Source of the DNA: Candidatus Eiseniibacteriota bacterium | GTDB taxonomy: Bacteria; Eisenbacteria; RBG-16-71-46 | Direction: 5' to 3' | DNA: 64,000 nt | Assembly: GCA_044223005.1 (NCBI GenBank) | Contig: JBGAML010000003.1 | Span: forward strand, 256,001-320,000 | Part shown: in pieces, positions 29,468 through 38,736 of the stretch | Layout of the letters: every line of letters starts with the position of its first letter | How positions within the stretch are numbered: position 1 is the first letter of the stretch | Translations under genes and position numbers: made by a program | Notes under the pieces: generated by a model | What the model saw: only the letters and a program-made list of their open reading frames with translations | What the model was told of the DNA's origin: nothing | Database searches by the model: none

Positions 29468-31822
29468 ATGAGCTTCATCCCACTGCAGACCGTCCGCCGC
29501 GAGGGCGCGGCGCCGCCGCCGGTCGTCGACTCGGTCCGGCTGCGCATCTCGGGCATGCACTGCGCGTCGTGCGTGAGCCGCGTCGAGGCGGCGCTGGGCT
29601 CGGTGCCCGGCGTGGCCTCGGCGGCGGTGAACCTGGCGACGATGCGGGCGGAGGTCGCGCTCACGCGGCCGGTGAGCGGGGACGTGCTCGCGGCGGCGAT
29701 CCGGCAGGCGGGCTACGACGCGCACGTGGTGACGACGCCCGTGGCCGACGACGCCGAGGTGAAGGCGCGCGCCGAGGAACTGGCGACGGTGCGGCGGCGG
29801 TTCGTGACGGCGCTCGCGTTCGGGGCGCCCGTGCTGGTGCTGGCGCACCTCTCGCTGGTCCCGGGCGTCGCCACGCCCGAGTGGGCGAATCCCGTGCAAC
29901 TCGTGCTCGCGACGCTCGTGCAGTTCGGTGCGGGCTGGGGCTTCGTGCGCGGCATGGTGCGCGGGTTCGCGCGCCGCGCGCCCGACATGGACACGCTCGT
30001 CGGGCTCGGCACGCTCACCGCGTGGAGCTACTCGGCGCTCGCGACGCTGGCGCCCGCCGTGGTGGGCGAGCACCACGGGGCGCACACCTATTTCGACACC
30101 TCGGTCACGATCGTCGTGCTGATCCTGCTCGGGCGGCTGCTCGAGGCGCGCGCCAAGACGCGCGCGTCGCGCGCCATGCGCGAGCTGCTCGACCTGCGCC
30201 CGCGCACCGCGCGGCGGCTGCGCGACGCGGCCGACGCGGTGGGCGAGGACGTGCCGCTCGACGCGGTGCAGCCCGGCGACCGGTTGCTCGTGCGGCCGGG
30301 CGAGCGTGTGCCGGTGGACGGCGTGATCGACGGCGGCCGCTCGGCCGTGGACCAGAGCATGCTCACCGGCGAGCCCATCCCCGTCGACGTCGGCCCGGGC
30401 AGCCGCGTCACGGGCGCGACGATGAACCAGACCGGCGCGTTCACGATGCGCGCCGAGCGCGTGGGTGCCGAGTCGATGCTCATGCAGATCGTGGCCATGG
30501 TCGAGCGCGCGCAGACGAGCAAGGCCGCCGTGCAGTCGCTCGCCGACCGCATCGCGGCCGTGTTCGTGCCCGCGGTGATCGGCGTGGCACTCGTCGCGTT
30601 CGCGGCGTGGCTGCTCGCCGGCGCCGGGCTCGCGCCGGCGCTGCTGCGCCTGGTCGCGGTGCTGATCGTGGCGTGCCCGTGCGCGCTCGGGCTCGCCACG
30701 CCGACCGCGCTCATCGTCGGCACCGGCCGCGGCGCCGAGATGGGCGTGTTGGTGCGCGACGCACGCGCGCTGGAATCGGCCGCCGCGGTGGACACCGTGG
30801 TGTTCGACAAGACGGGCACGCTGACGCGCGGCGCACCGCAGCTGACCGACGTGGTGCCCGCGCCGGGCTGCGACGCGCAGCGGCTGCTGCAGGCCGTGGC
30901 CACCGCCGAGTCGCGCAGCGAGCACCCGCTCGCCACGGCGATCGTGCGTGGCGCGCGCGAGCGCGGCGCGGAACCGCTCGCCGTCGAGGACTTCGGCGCC
31001 GCGCCCGGCCGCGGCGTATGGGCGTTCGCCTCCGGCCGCGCACTCGCCGCCGGCCGCGACGAGCTGCTCGCCGAGTACGGCGCCGACCCCGCGCCGCTCG
31101 CCGCCGAACGCGAGCGGCTCGAGGCGCTGGGGCGCACCGTGGTCGGCGTCGCCGACACCGGCGAGCTGCTCGGGCTGGTCGCGCTCGCCGACACCGCGCG
31201 GCCCGAGGCGGCCGCCGTGGTGGCGGCGCTGCAGCGCGAGGGGCGCGAGGTGTGGCTGCTGACCGGTGACCACACCGCCACCGCGCGCGCCGTGGCCGCG
31301 GGGGCGGGCATCGCCCCCGAGCGCGTGATCGCCGAGGTGCTGCCGTCCGAGAAGCGCGAACGGATCTCCGCGCTGCAGGCGCAGGGCCGCAAGGTCGCGA
31401 TGGTGGGCGACGGGCTCAACGACGCGCCCGCGCTGGCGCAGGCCGATGCCGGGCTCGCGATGGCGAGCGGCACCGACGTCGCCATGGAGGCGAGCAGCTT
31501 CACGCTGCTGCGCGGCGACCTCACCGCAGTGCGCGACGCGCTCGCGCTCTCTCGGCGCACGCTGCAGGTGATCCGCCAGAACCTCTTCTGGGCGTTCGCC
31601 TACAACGTCGTGCTGATCCCGGTCGCCGCCGGCGCGCTCGTGCCGCTGCTCGCGGGCAACACGCCCGGCGGTCCGCTCTGGGGCTGGCGCGGCACCCTGC
31701 ACCCGATGCTCGCGTCGCTCGCCATGGCGCTCTCCAGCGTGTCGGTCGTCAGCTCGTCGTTGCGCCTGCGCGGCTTTCGCGGCTTTCACCGAGAGGCGGG
31801 CGGCGCGATACTGCCCCGCTGA
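29468..31822 (+). CDS. copA: Cu(I)-translocating P1B-type ATPase
   Basis: GMHCASC, TGE, CPC, DKTGT, SEHP, GDGLND, YN and MALSS motifs. Confidence 0.93.
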   Translation: MSFIPLQTVRREGAAPPPVVDSVRLRISGMHCASCVSRVEAALGSVPGVASAAVNLATMRAEVALTRPVSGDVLAAAIRQAGYDAHVVTTPVADDAEVKARAEELATVRRRFVTALAFGAPVLVLAHLSLVPGVATPEWANPVQLVLATLVQFGAGWGFVRGMVRGFARRAPDMDTLVGLGTLTAWSYSALATLAPAVVGEHHGAHTYFDTSVTIVVLILLGRLLEARAKTRASRAMRELLDLRPRTARRLRDAADAVGEDVPLDAVQPGDRLLVRPGERVPVDGVIDGGRSAVDQSMLTGEPIPVDVGPGSRVTGATMNQTGAFTMRAERVGAESMLMQIVAMVERAQTSKAAVQSLADRIAAVFVPAVIGVALVAFAAWLLAGAGLAPALLRLVAVLIVACPCALGLATPTALIVGTGRGAEMGVLVRDARALESAAAVDTVVFDKTGTLTRGAPQLTDVVPAPGCDAQRLLQAVATAESRSEHPLATAIVRGARERGAEPLAVEDFGAAPGRGVWAFASGRALAAGRDELLAEYGADPAPLAAERERLEALGRTVVGVADTGELLGLVALADTARPEAAAVVAALQREGREVWLLTGDHTATARAVAAGAGIAPERVIAEVLPSEKRERISALQAQGRKVAMVGDGLNDAPALAQADAGLAMASGTDVAMEASSFTLLRGDLTAVRDALALSRRTLQVIRQNLFWAFAYNVVLIPVAAGALVPLLAGNTPGGPLWGWRGTLHPMLASLAMALSSVSVVSSSLRLRGFRGFHREAGGAILPR

Positions 31823-31863
31823 CGGCGCGAACGCGCGCCGAACCCCCACTCGAAGAGGATCCG

Positions 31864-32193
31864 ATGCGCCGAATCGTGATGTCGCTCGCCGTGCTCGCGC
31901 TCGCCGCGGGCTGTGCCGCCTCCAGCGGCCCCAAGGAAGTGCAGGTCCAGGTCACCGACGACGGCTTCGTGCCCAAGAGCGTCGAAGTCGCGAAGGGCCA
32001 GGCCGTGACGCTGGTGATCACGCGCCAGGTCGAGGCCACCTGCGCGACCGAGGCCGTGTTCGCGAAGAGCGGGCAGAAGTACGACCTGCCGCTGCACGTG
32101 GCGGTCCGCATCCCGATCCCGACCGAACAGGCGGACACGCTCAAGTACGCGTGCGGGATGGACATGTACCACGGGCAGGTCGTGGTGAAGTGA
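31864..32193 (+). CDS. Cupredoxin-domain (lipo)protein
   Basis: Lipobox LAAG-C; C-terminal YACGMDMYHG copper motif; follows copA. Confidence 0.85.
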   Translation: MRRIVMSLAVLALAAGCAASSGPKEVQVQVTDDGFVPKSVEVAKGQAVTLVITRQVEATCATEAVFAKSGQKYDLPLHVAVRIPIPTEQADTLKYACGMDMYHGQVVVK

Positions 32194-32930
32194 TCGACCG
32201 CGCGGCCGCCGCGATCCGCGGCGCGGGCTTCGTGCTCGTGCTGACCGGCGCGGGCGTTTCGGCCGAGAGCGGCGTGCCCACGTTTCGCGGTGCCGGCGGG
32301 TACTGGCGCCGGCACCACTTCATGGACCTCGCGACGCCCGAGGCGTTCGCGCGCGATCCGCGGCTCGTGTGGGACTGGTACCTCGACCGGCGCGCCACCG
32401 TGCGCGCGTGCGCGCCCAACGCCGCGCACCACGCGCTGGCCGCGTGGGCGCAGCGCGCACGCGGCCGGCTCGTGACGCAGAACGTGGACGGCCTGCACGA
32501 GCGGGCCGGGCATCCGGACGTGGTGCGATTCCACGGCTCGCTCTGGCGCTGCCGCTGCTCGGGCTGCGGAGCGGAGCGCGACGACGCGTCGCTCGCCTAC
32601 GCCGAGCTGCCGCGCTGCGCCGCGTGCGGGGCGCTCGAGCGGCCCGGCGTGGTGTGGTTCGGCGAATCGATCCCGCGCGCGGCGGCCGACGCGGCGTGGG
32701 ACGCCGCGGGCGAGGCCGACGTCGTGCTCGTGATCGGCACGACGGGCGTGGTGCAGCCGGCCGCGGGGCTCGCCGAATCGGCGCGCGCGCACGGCGCGCG
32801 CGTGATCGAGGTGAACCCGGATCCCGCGTATGGCGACGGCGAACGAGGCGCGCTCGGCGGCACGTGGCTGCGCGCGACGGCGTGCGAGGTGGTGCCGAAG
32901 CTGATGGGGGAGACCGCCGGTCGCGGCTAG
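32190..32930 (+). CDS. cobB: NAD-dependent protein deacylase (sirtuin, CobB type)
   Basis: TGAGVSAESGVPTFRG, TQNVDGLH, HGS, two CxxC and RPGVVWFGE motifs. Confidence 0.93.
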   Translation: MIDRAAAAIRGAGFVLVLTGAGVSAESGVPTFRGAGGYWRRHHFMDLATPEAFARDPRLVWDWYLDRRATVRACAPNAAHHALAAWAQRARGRLVTQNVDGLHERAGHPDVVRFHGSLWRCRCSGCGAERDDASLAYAELPRCAACGALERPGVVWFGESIPRAAADAAWDAAGEADVVLVIGTTGVVQPAAGLAESARAHGARVIEVNPDPAYGDGERGALGGTWLRATACEVVPKLMGETAGRG

Positions 32931-33748
32931 GCGAGTCCCCAGTCGTCCAGCTCGTCCTCGTCCAGGCCCATCAGGTGGCCGACCTCGTGGCGCACGGTGA
33001 TGCTCACCTCGCGCGCGAGCTCTTCCTCGTCGTTGCACGCGCGCAGGAGGTTTCGGCGGAAGAGGTAGATCGCACCCGGCGCCGACGCCGGTGCGCTCGC
33101 GCCCTGCGCAAAGATGTGCCGGCCCACGAAGAGGCCCAGCAGGTCCGGCGGCAGCGGCGGGTCCTCGCCGGTCAGCATGTCGGGCGTCGGCAGCGGCTGC
33201 ACCAGCACCGGCATCTCGTCGAGCTTCTTGCGCACCTGCGGCGGCAGTTCGTGCACCGCGCGCTCGACCAGCCGGTCGAACACCGCATCCGAGACCACGA
33301 GCGGTGGGGGGAAGCCCTCCGGGTCCAGCGTGCCCGCGCGTTCAGCCGCGGCGGTCGCCCCCGCCTCGTCGCCGAGGTGCTCGCACACGCGCGAGAGCAG
33401 GTCCCACGCGTGCGCATCGTCGGGATGGATCGCGAGCGCTCGCTCGACGTCCTCGCGAGCCTCCGTGAAGCGGACGAGGTCGTAGTGGGCCGCGGCGCGC
33501 AGGTAGAAGAAGTGCGCGGGGTCGGCCGAACGTTCGGCGCCGCGGAGCGCGTCGAGCGCCTGCGAGGGTTCGCCTTCCTCCAGGTGGATCGTCGCGTCGA
33601 CGATGCGGAGGTCCGGCTGGTCCGGCCGGCGGCGCAGCATGGAGTCCAGCGTCCGGCGCGCCTGTTCGAGCTCGCCTTCGTCCAGCAGGTCGTGGATCCG
33701 CTCGACCGACGCCCAGTCCGTTTCCGTCAGCGCTTCGTAAGGTTTCAT
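32927..33748 (-). CDS. TPR-containing zincin-like metallopeptidase family protein
   Basis: N-terminal TPR helices; DLLGLFVG, IYLFRRNL and TVRHEVGHLMGLDE (HExxH). Confidence 0.85.
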   Translation of the reverse strand: MKPYEALTETDWASVERIHDLLDEGELEQARRTLDSMLRRRPDQPDLRIVDATIHLEEGEPSQALDALRGAERSADPAHFFYLRAAAHYDLVRFTEAREDVERALAIHPDDAHAWDLLSRVCEHLGDEAGATAAAERAGTLDPEGFPPPLVVSDAVFDRLVERAVHELPPQVRKKLDEMPVLVQPLPTPDMLTGEDPPLPPDLLGLFVGRHIFAQGASAPASAPGAIYLFRRNLLRACNDEEELAREVSITVRHEVGHLMGLDEDELDDWGLA

Positions 33749-33820
33749 GGACGGGGGAGCGTATCGCGCGGGCCCGGGCGGCGCCAACCGCGTCGGGAGG
33801 GCCGGAAACCGCCGTGGATC

Positions 33821-33850
33821 TTGACCCCCGGCACGGCCGGTCCCTAGACT
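33821..33850 (+). promoter_or_regulatory. Candidate sigma-70 promoter for the selenoprotein/cytochrome gene
   Basis: TTGACC-18 nt-TAGACT in the divergent intergenic region. Confidence 0.5.
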
Positions 33851-33915
33851 ATCGGGAAGCCTCCCCACTGCCCGGGTTCCCCGGAGCCACCCACATCCCG
33901 GAGACGTCCACGTCC

Positions 33916-35358
33916 ATGAAGTCGTTCGCGTTCCGACTGTCCGCGCTCGTCATGGCACTCGTCGCCATCGCCGTGCTCGCGGGAGCCGCGTCCAAGGGCC
34001 ACAAGGGCGCCGCGAATACCCCCGATACGCTGATCATCCTCTCCACGACCGACGTGAAGGGGAAGACCAGCCCCTGTGGTTGACACACGCCCAAGGGGGG
34101 CCTCGCCCGGCGGGCGGGATTCGTGGACAGCTTGAAGACGCAGTACAGCCAGGTGCTCCTCGTCGACGACGGCGGATTCTTCCCCGAGCAGGACGACTAC
34201 GAGGACGCCGCGTGGTTCCTCATGGACGCCATGAAGGTGCTGGGCGTGGACGCGGTCGGCGTGAGCGAGAAGGAACTGCGCTACGGGCGCTCGTTCCTGG
34301 TCGCGAACTACAACCGCACGCACCTGCCGCTCGTGTGCGCCAACCTCTTCGACCGTGACACCAAGAAGACGCTCGTCGCGCCGTACGTGATCAAGAAGGT
34401 CGGCACGGTGACCGTGGGCATCTTCGGCCTCACGTCGGACAAGATCGATCTCGGTTCCTCGCGCGATTCGCTGATGGTCGAGGACCCCACGATCGCCTGC
34501 AAGCGCACGGTCGACGAACTGCGCAAGAAGGGCGCGACCGTGGTCGTGCTGCTGTCGCAGCTCGGCAAGGTCGAGAGCGAAGACCTGGTCACAGCGGTGG
34601 ACGGCGTGGACGTGGTCATCTGCGGCCGCAACATGCCCATGCTGCAGAAGGGCCGCATGGTGAAGAACACCGTCGCCTGCTACGGCGGCGAGCAGGGCCA
34701 GTACGTCGGTCGCACCAAGGTGGTCCTCGACGCGCAACGCAAGATGAAGTCGGGCGACAACGAGATGTTCATCCTCGGCCCCGAGATCGCCGAGAAGCCC
34801 GAGGTCCTCACGCTGGTCAAGAGCTTCGAGGACAGCTTCAACGACAAGCTGCGCAAGAAGGAGAAGGAGAAGGCGGCCGCGGCCGAGCTGAACCGCGTGA
34901 ACAACGGCGGGGCTGCGAGCGAGCAGGCGACCGACCACTACCTGGGCGCCGAGTTCTGCCAGCGCTGTCACAAGGCCGAGTACGACCAGTGGAGCACCAC
35001 CAAGCACGCGCACGCGTGGCAGACGCTGGTCGACGCCAAGAAGGACGCCGTGGTCGAGTGCGTGGGCTGCCACGTCACCGGCTACAAGCAGCCCGGCGGC
35101 TACGACCTGGGCGGCGACACGCGCATGACCAACGTCCAGTGCGAGAACTGCCACGGCATGGGCACGCAGCACGAGGCCTACCCGACGCAGCCGCGCCGGA
35201 TCACGGCCGCCACCTGCCAGCGTTGCCACACGGCGAACAACAGCCCCACGTTCGATTTCGCGATCTACCAGCCGCACATCCTGCACGTGGCCCCGGCCAA
35301 CATGCCGGCGCTGCCGAAGAGCCAGGCGCGCGAGCGCATGCTCGGCAAGGGCAAGTAG
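33916..35358 (+). CDS. Exported UshA-like (seleno)protein fused to tetraheme c-type cytochrome; in-frame TGA 34081-34083 read as Sec (480 aa)
   Basis: Signal peptide, then TDVKGKTSPCG-[TGA]-HTPKGGLARRAGFVDSLK...VLLVDDGG, a continuous 5'-nucleotidase-like N-terminus across the TGA. Four CxxCH motifs (CQRCH, CVGCH, CENCH, CQRCH). Confidence 0.85.
34084..34125 (+). promoter_or_regulatory. Candidate bacterial SECIS element
   Basis: Hairpin CTCGCCC-GGC-GGGCGGG (34102-34118) with a G-starting apical loop ~26 nt after the UGA. A CACG/CGTG pairing may form a lower stem. Confidence 0.55.
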
Positions 35359-35383
35359 CGCGACGAACGGCCGAAGCGAAACG

Positions 35384-35417
35384 GGCCCGCGGCGGAGACG
35401 CCGCGGGCCTTCGTCTT
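35384..35417 (+). terminator. Intrinsic terminator after the selenoprotein gene
   Basis: GGCCCGCGGCG-GAGA-CGCCGCGGGCC followed by TTCGTCTT. Confidence 0.7.
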
Positions 35418-35548
35418 GACGCCCCCTTCGCAGCCCGCCTACCTTCCCGCCCGGCCCAGAGTACGCGGCCCCCGAGCCACTCCCGCGGGGCGCGCCGGCC
35501 GTCCCGCAACGTCCGCGCCTGCCCGATTCCTCACCCCGCGAGGCTCCC

Positions 35549-36937
35549 GTGAGCAACGTTCTCGACGGCGTCCAGTACTTCGAATCCATCCTCGACACGG
35601 TCGGCGGCACGCCGCTCGTCCGGCTGCGCAAGACCGGCCAGGGCCTGCCGTGCCCCGTGCTCGCCAAGGTCGAGTTCTTCAACCCCGGCGGCAGCGTCAA
35701 GGACCGCATCGGCCTCGCGATGGTCGAGGACATGGAGAAGAAGGGCCGCTTGAAGCCCGGCGGCACGATCGTCGAGTGCACCTCGGGCAACACCGGGCTC
35801 GGGCTCGCGATGGTCGCGGCGGTGAAGGGCTACCGCGCCGCGTTCTGCATGCCCGACAAGGTCTCGAGCGAGAAGGTGAACCTCCTGAAAGCCTTCGGCG
35901 CCGAGGTGTTCCTGAGCCCGACGGCCGTCGCGCCCGACCATCCGGATTCGTACTACTCGGTCGCCAAGCGCCTCGCCAGGGAGCGCCCGGGCGCGGTGCT
36001 GATGGACCAGTACAACAACCCCGCCAACCCGGCGGCGCACGAGGTCTCGACCGGCCCCGAACTCTGGAAGCAGACGGCCGGCCGCATCACGCACTTCGTC
36101 GCGGGCATGGGCACGGGCGGCACGATCTCCGGCACGGCCCGCTACCTGAAGTCGCAGAACCCGAAGCTCCAGGTGATCGGCGCCGACCCGGTGGGCTCGA
36201 TCCTCAAGCACTACAAGGAGACGGGCCAGATGTCCGAGGCCCACACCTACAAGATCGAGGGCGTCGGCGAGGACTTCATCCCGCTCGCGCTCGACTTCTC
36301 GCTGGTGGATCGCGTGATCCAGTGCAACGACCACGACGGCCTCAACACCGCGCGGCGCCTCGCGCGCGAGGACGCCATCTTCGTCGGCGGTTCCTCGGGC
36401 ATGGCCGCGTGGGTCGCCATGCAGGTCGCGCGCGAGTGCGGCCCGAACGACCTGGTCGTGGTGCTGCTGCCGGACACGGGTGAGCGCTACCTGACCAAGG
36501 TGCACAACGACGAGTGGATGCGCGACAACCACCTGCTGGACCCCGCGGACACGAGCGCCGGGCACCTGGTCTCCGGCAAGCCGCGCCTGCGCCAGCTCGT
36601 CTCGGTGTCGGCGGGCGAGCCGTTGCGCAAGGCGCTCACGCTGATCGAGCAGCACGACGTCTCGCAACTGCCGGTCATGCGCGGCGGCGAGGTGGTGGGC
36701 ACGCTGGAGGAGGGCGAGGTGCTGCGTTCGGCGCTGGCGAACCCGTCGGCGCTCGACCAGCCGGTCGACGGCCTGATGGCCGCGCCGCTGCCGGTCGTCG
36801 ACGCCGGCGAACCGGCCGCGGCCGTCACGCAGCTGCTCGCGGCGCGCACGCCGGCGGTGCTCGTGCGGAGCAACGGCGCGATCTCCGGCATCCTGACGCG
36901 CTTCGACATGCTGCAGTTCATCGCGGGAGGCGAATGA
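35549..36937 (+). CDS. cbs: Cystathionine beta-synthase (PLP domain plus tandem CBS domains)
   Basis: NPGGSVKDRI, TSGNTG, GMGTGGT, YKIEGVGEDF and PDTGERYL motifs; C-terminal CBS pair. Confidence 0.9.
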   Translation: MSNVLDGVQYFESILDTVGGTPLVRLRKTGQGLPCPVLAKVEFFNPGGSVKDRIGLAMVEDMEKKGRLKPGGTIVECTSGNTGLGLAMVAAVKGYRAAFCMPDKVSSEKVNLLKAFGAEVFLSPTAVAPDHPDSYYSVAKRLARERPGAVLMDQYNNPANPAAHEVSTGPELWKQTAGRITHFVAGMGTGGTISGTARYLKSQNPKLQVIGADPVGSILKHYKETGQMSEAHTYKIEGVGEDFIPLALDFSLVDRVIQCNDHDGLNTARRLAREDAIFVGGSSGMAAWVAMQVARECGPNDLVVVLLPDTGERYLTKVHNDEWMRDNHLLDPADTSAGHLVSGKPRLRQLVSVSAGEPLRKALTLIEQHDVSQLPVMRGGEVVGTLEEGEVLRSALANPSALDQPVDGLMAAPLPVVDAGEPAAAVTQLLAARTPAVLVRSNGAISGILTRFDMLQFIAGGE

Positions 36938-38109
36938 TGGCGCAGGCGCCGCTGGGACCGAAGGCCGGCTTCTCGACGAAGGCCGTGCACGCCGGGCAGG
37001 AGCCCGATCTCGCCACGGGCGCCGTCATGGTGCCCATCTACCAGACGTCCACGTACGCGCAGGAAGCGCTCGGGAACCACAAGGGCTACGAGTACGCGCG
37101 CACGCACAACGCCACGCGAGCGGCGCTCGAGCGCAACCTGGCCGCGCTCGAGGGTGGCACGCACGGGTTCAGCTTCGGCTCGGGGCTCGCGGCGACCAAC
37201 GCGATCACGCAGGCGCTCTCGGCCGGCGAGCACGTGGTGTGCGGCAACAACACCTACGGCGGCACCTACCGGCTGTTCGAGAAGGTCTGGCGCCGCCACG
37301 GTCTCGACTTCACGTTCGTCGACTGCACCGACGTCGCCGGGGTGGAGGCTGCCTTCCGCCCGAACACGAAGATGCTCTGGCTCGAGACGCCGACCAACCC
37401 GCTCATGCAGCTCGCCGACATCCGCGAGCTCTCGGCGCGCGCGAAGCAGCGCGGGATCCGCGTGGTGGTGGACAACACGTTCATGACGCCGTACTTCCAG
37501 CGCCCGCTCGAACTGGGAGCGGACGTCGTCATGCACTCGGTGACCAAGTACCTGAACGGCCACAGCGACATGGTGGGCGGTGCCGTGGTCACCTCCGACG
37601 AGGCGTTCGCCGAGCAGCTGCGGTTCCTGCAGAACGCGGCCGGTGCGGTGCCCGGCCCCATGGACTGCTTCCTCTGCCTGCGCGGCACCAAGACGCTGGC
37701 GGTCCGCATGCGCCAGCACGAGGCGAGCGCGCGCGAACTGGCGAAGGTGCTGGAGGGCCACAAGGGCGTGAGCCGCGTCTTCTACCCGGGGCTGGCGTCG
37801 CACCCGCAGCACGAGCTCGCGAAGCGGCAGGCGTCCGGGTTCGGGGGGATGATCTCGTTCATTCCCGGGGACGGCTCCCTGGCCGCCGGAGAACGCGTTT
37901 TCAACCGGTTCAAGCTCTTCACCCGGGCCGAGAGCCTCGGTGGCGTCGAGAGTCTCGTCTGCCACCCGGCGTCCATGACGCATGCGTCGGTGCCGCGGGA
38001 ATCGCGGCTGGCGATGGGCTTCCTGGACGGCCTTCTGCGGCTTTCCGTGGGGATCGAAGACCTCGACGATCTCCGGGCAGATCTCGATCAGGCGCTCCAA
38101 GGTGTTTAG
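36934..38109 (+). CDS. Cystathionine gamma-lyase/synthase family PLP enzyme
   Basis: PIYQTSTY, YARTHN, ETPTNP, DNTF, HSVTKYLNGHSD and AESLGGVESL motifs; translationally coupled to cbs. Confidence 0.92.
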   Translation: MMAQAPLGPKAGFSTKAVHAGQEPDLATGAVMVPIYQTSTYAQEALGNHKGYEYARTHNATRAALERNLAALEGGTHGFSFGSGLAATNAITQALSAGEHVVCGNNTYGGTYRLFEKVWRRHGLDFTFVDCTDVAGVEAAFRPNTKMLWLETPTNPLMQLADIRELSARAKQRGIRVVVDNTFMTPYFQRPLELGADVVMHSVTKYLNGHSDMVGGAVVTSDEAFAEQLRFLQNAAGAVPGPMDCFLCLRGTKTLAVRMRQHEASARELAKVLEGHKGVSRVFYPGLASHPQHELAKRQASGFGGMISFIPGDGSLAAGERVFNRFKLFTRAESLGGVESLVCHPASMTHASVPRESRLAMGFLDGLLRLSVGIEDLDDLRADLDQALQGV

Positions 38110-38159
38110 GGCCTTGGGGTTGTGGCAATGATGTGCCCGAATTCCCATGAAGAATCCAT

Positions 38160-38187
38160 TTGACAGATCGGGGTAGTGTCCCTAGCC
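38160..38187 (+). promoter_or_regulatory. Candidate strong sigma-70 promoter
   Basis: Perfect TTGACA-16 nt-TAGCCT with AT-rich sequence upstream. Confidence 0.55.
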
Positions 38188-38286
38188 TGCGGGACGCTTC
38201 ACAGGTCGCGCGCTGTGTCGCCAGGTCCGGGCGCGCCCTGGCTGCCACGACTGATCATCCGTGAGCGCAGGGAAGCCGCTCGCCTG

Positions 38287-38318
38287 ACACCGCTCCCCGA
38301 CCAGTGGTGTTTTTCTTT
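38287..38318 (+). terminator. Terminator-like hairpin inside the leader of the small lipoprotein gene
   Basis: ACACCGCT-8 nt loop-AGTGGTGT followed by TTTTCTTT. Confidence 0.5.
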
Positions 38319-38402
38319 GAGATCCCGCGGAAATTCGAAAAATCTAGTGGCCGTCGCCGGTTTCCCGGCACGGTGATTTGGGAGGAGGTGAACCTGAACA
38401 CG

Positions 38403-38603
38403 ATGCGCAAGTACTTCGCTCTCTCGATGGTCGCCCTTCTGGCGCTGACCCTCGCGATCGCCGCGCTGAGCTGTGGCAAGAAGGAGGAAGCTCCTGCCAC
38501 GACCGGCACCGAGCAGACGACGCCTCCGGCGGACACGGCTGCTGCTATGGCGATGGACAGCACCGGTGGTGCTGCTATGGACACGACCCAGGCGGCCAAG
38601 TAA
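38403..38603 (+). CDS. Small low-complexity lipoprotein (66 aa)
   Basis: GGAGGAGGTG RBS, signal peptide with ALS-C lipobox, Ala/Thr/Met-rich tail; own terminator. Confidence 0.8.
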   Translation: MRKYFALSMVALLALTLAIAALSCGKKEEAPATTGTEQTTPPADTAAAMAMDSTGGAAMDTTQAAK

Positions 38604-38627
38604 TACCGCGTGGGAAGCAGTTCGGAC

Positions 38628-38656
38628 GGGGAGGCGCCTCGCGGCGCCTCCCCTTT
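38628..38656 (+). terminator. Intrinsic terminator
   Basis: GGGGAGGCGCC-TCGC-GGCGCCTCCCC-TTT. Confidence 0.75.
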
Positions 38657-38736
38657 CCGCTGCCCTGCGGGTGGGCGGCGGCAACCTGATGAGCGGTCGA
38701 ACCGTAGGCATGGACGGTGATTGGAGGAAACTGACC

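Noticed and set aside
32190..32930. Sirtuin as an anti-phage SIR2 NADase
   Set aside because: It is a compact CobB-type enzyme with a zinc-binding module, no fused defence domains and a housekeeping context.
33814..34083. Stand-alone 89-aa ORF, or a nonsense pseudogene of the cytochrome
   Set aside because: The TGA falls exactly at the second position of a CxC-type motif, the fold continues in frame and the rest of the gene is intact. Sec read-through explains this better, pending the checks listed.
38194..38320. SRP RNA or cobalamin riboswitch
   Set aside because: There are only short partial matches (CCAGGTCCGG, AGGGAAGCC). The SRP GGAA-loop/AGCAG motif and the B12-box elements are missing.
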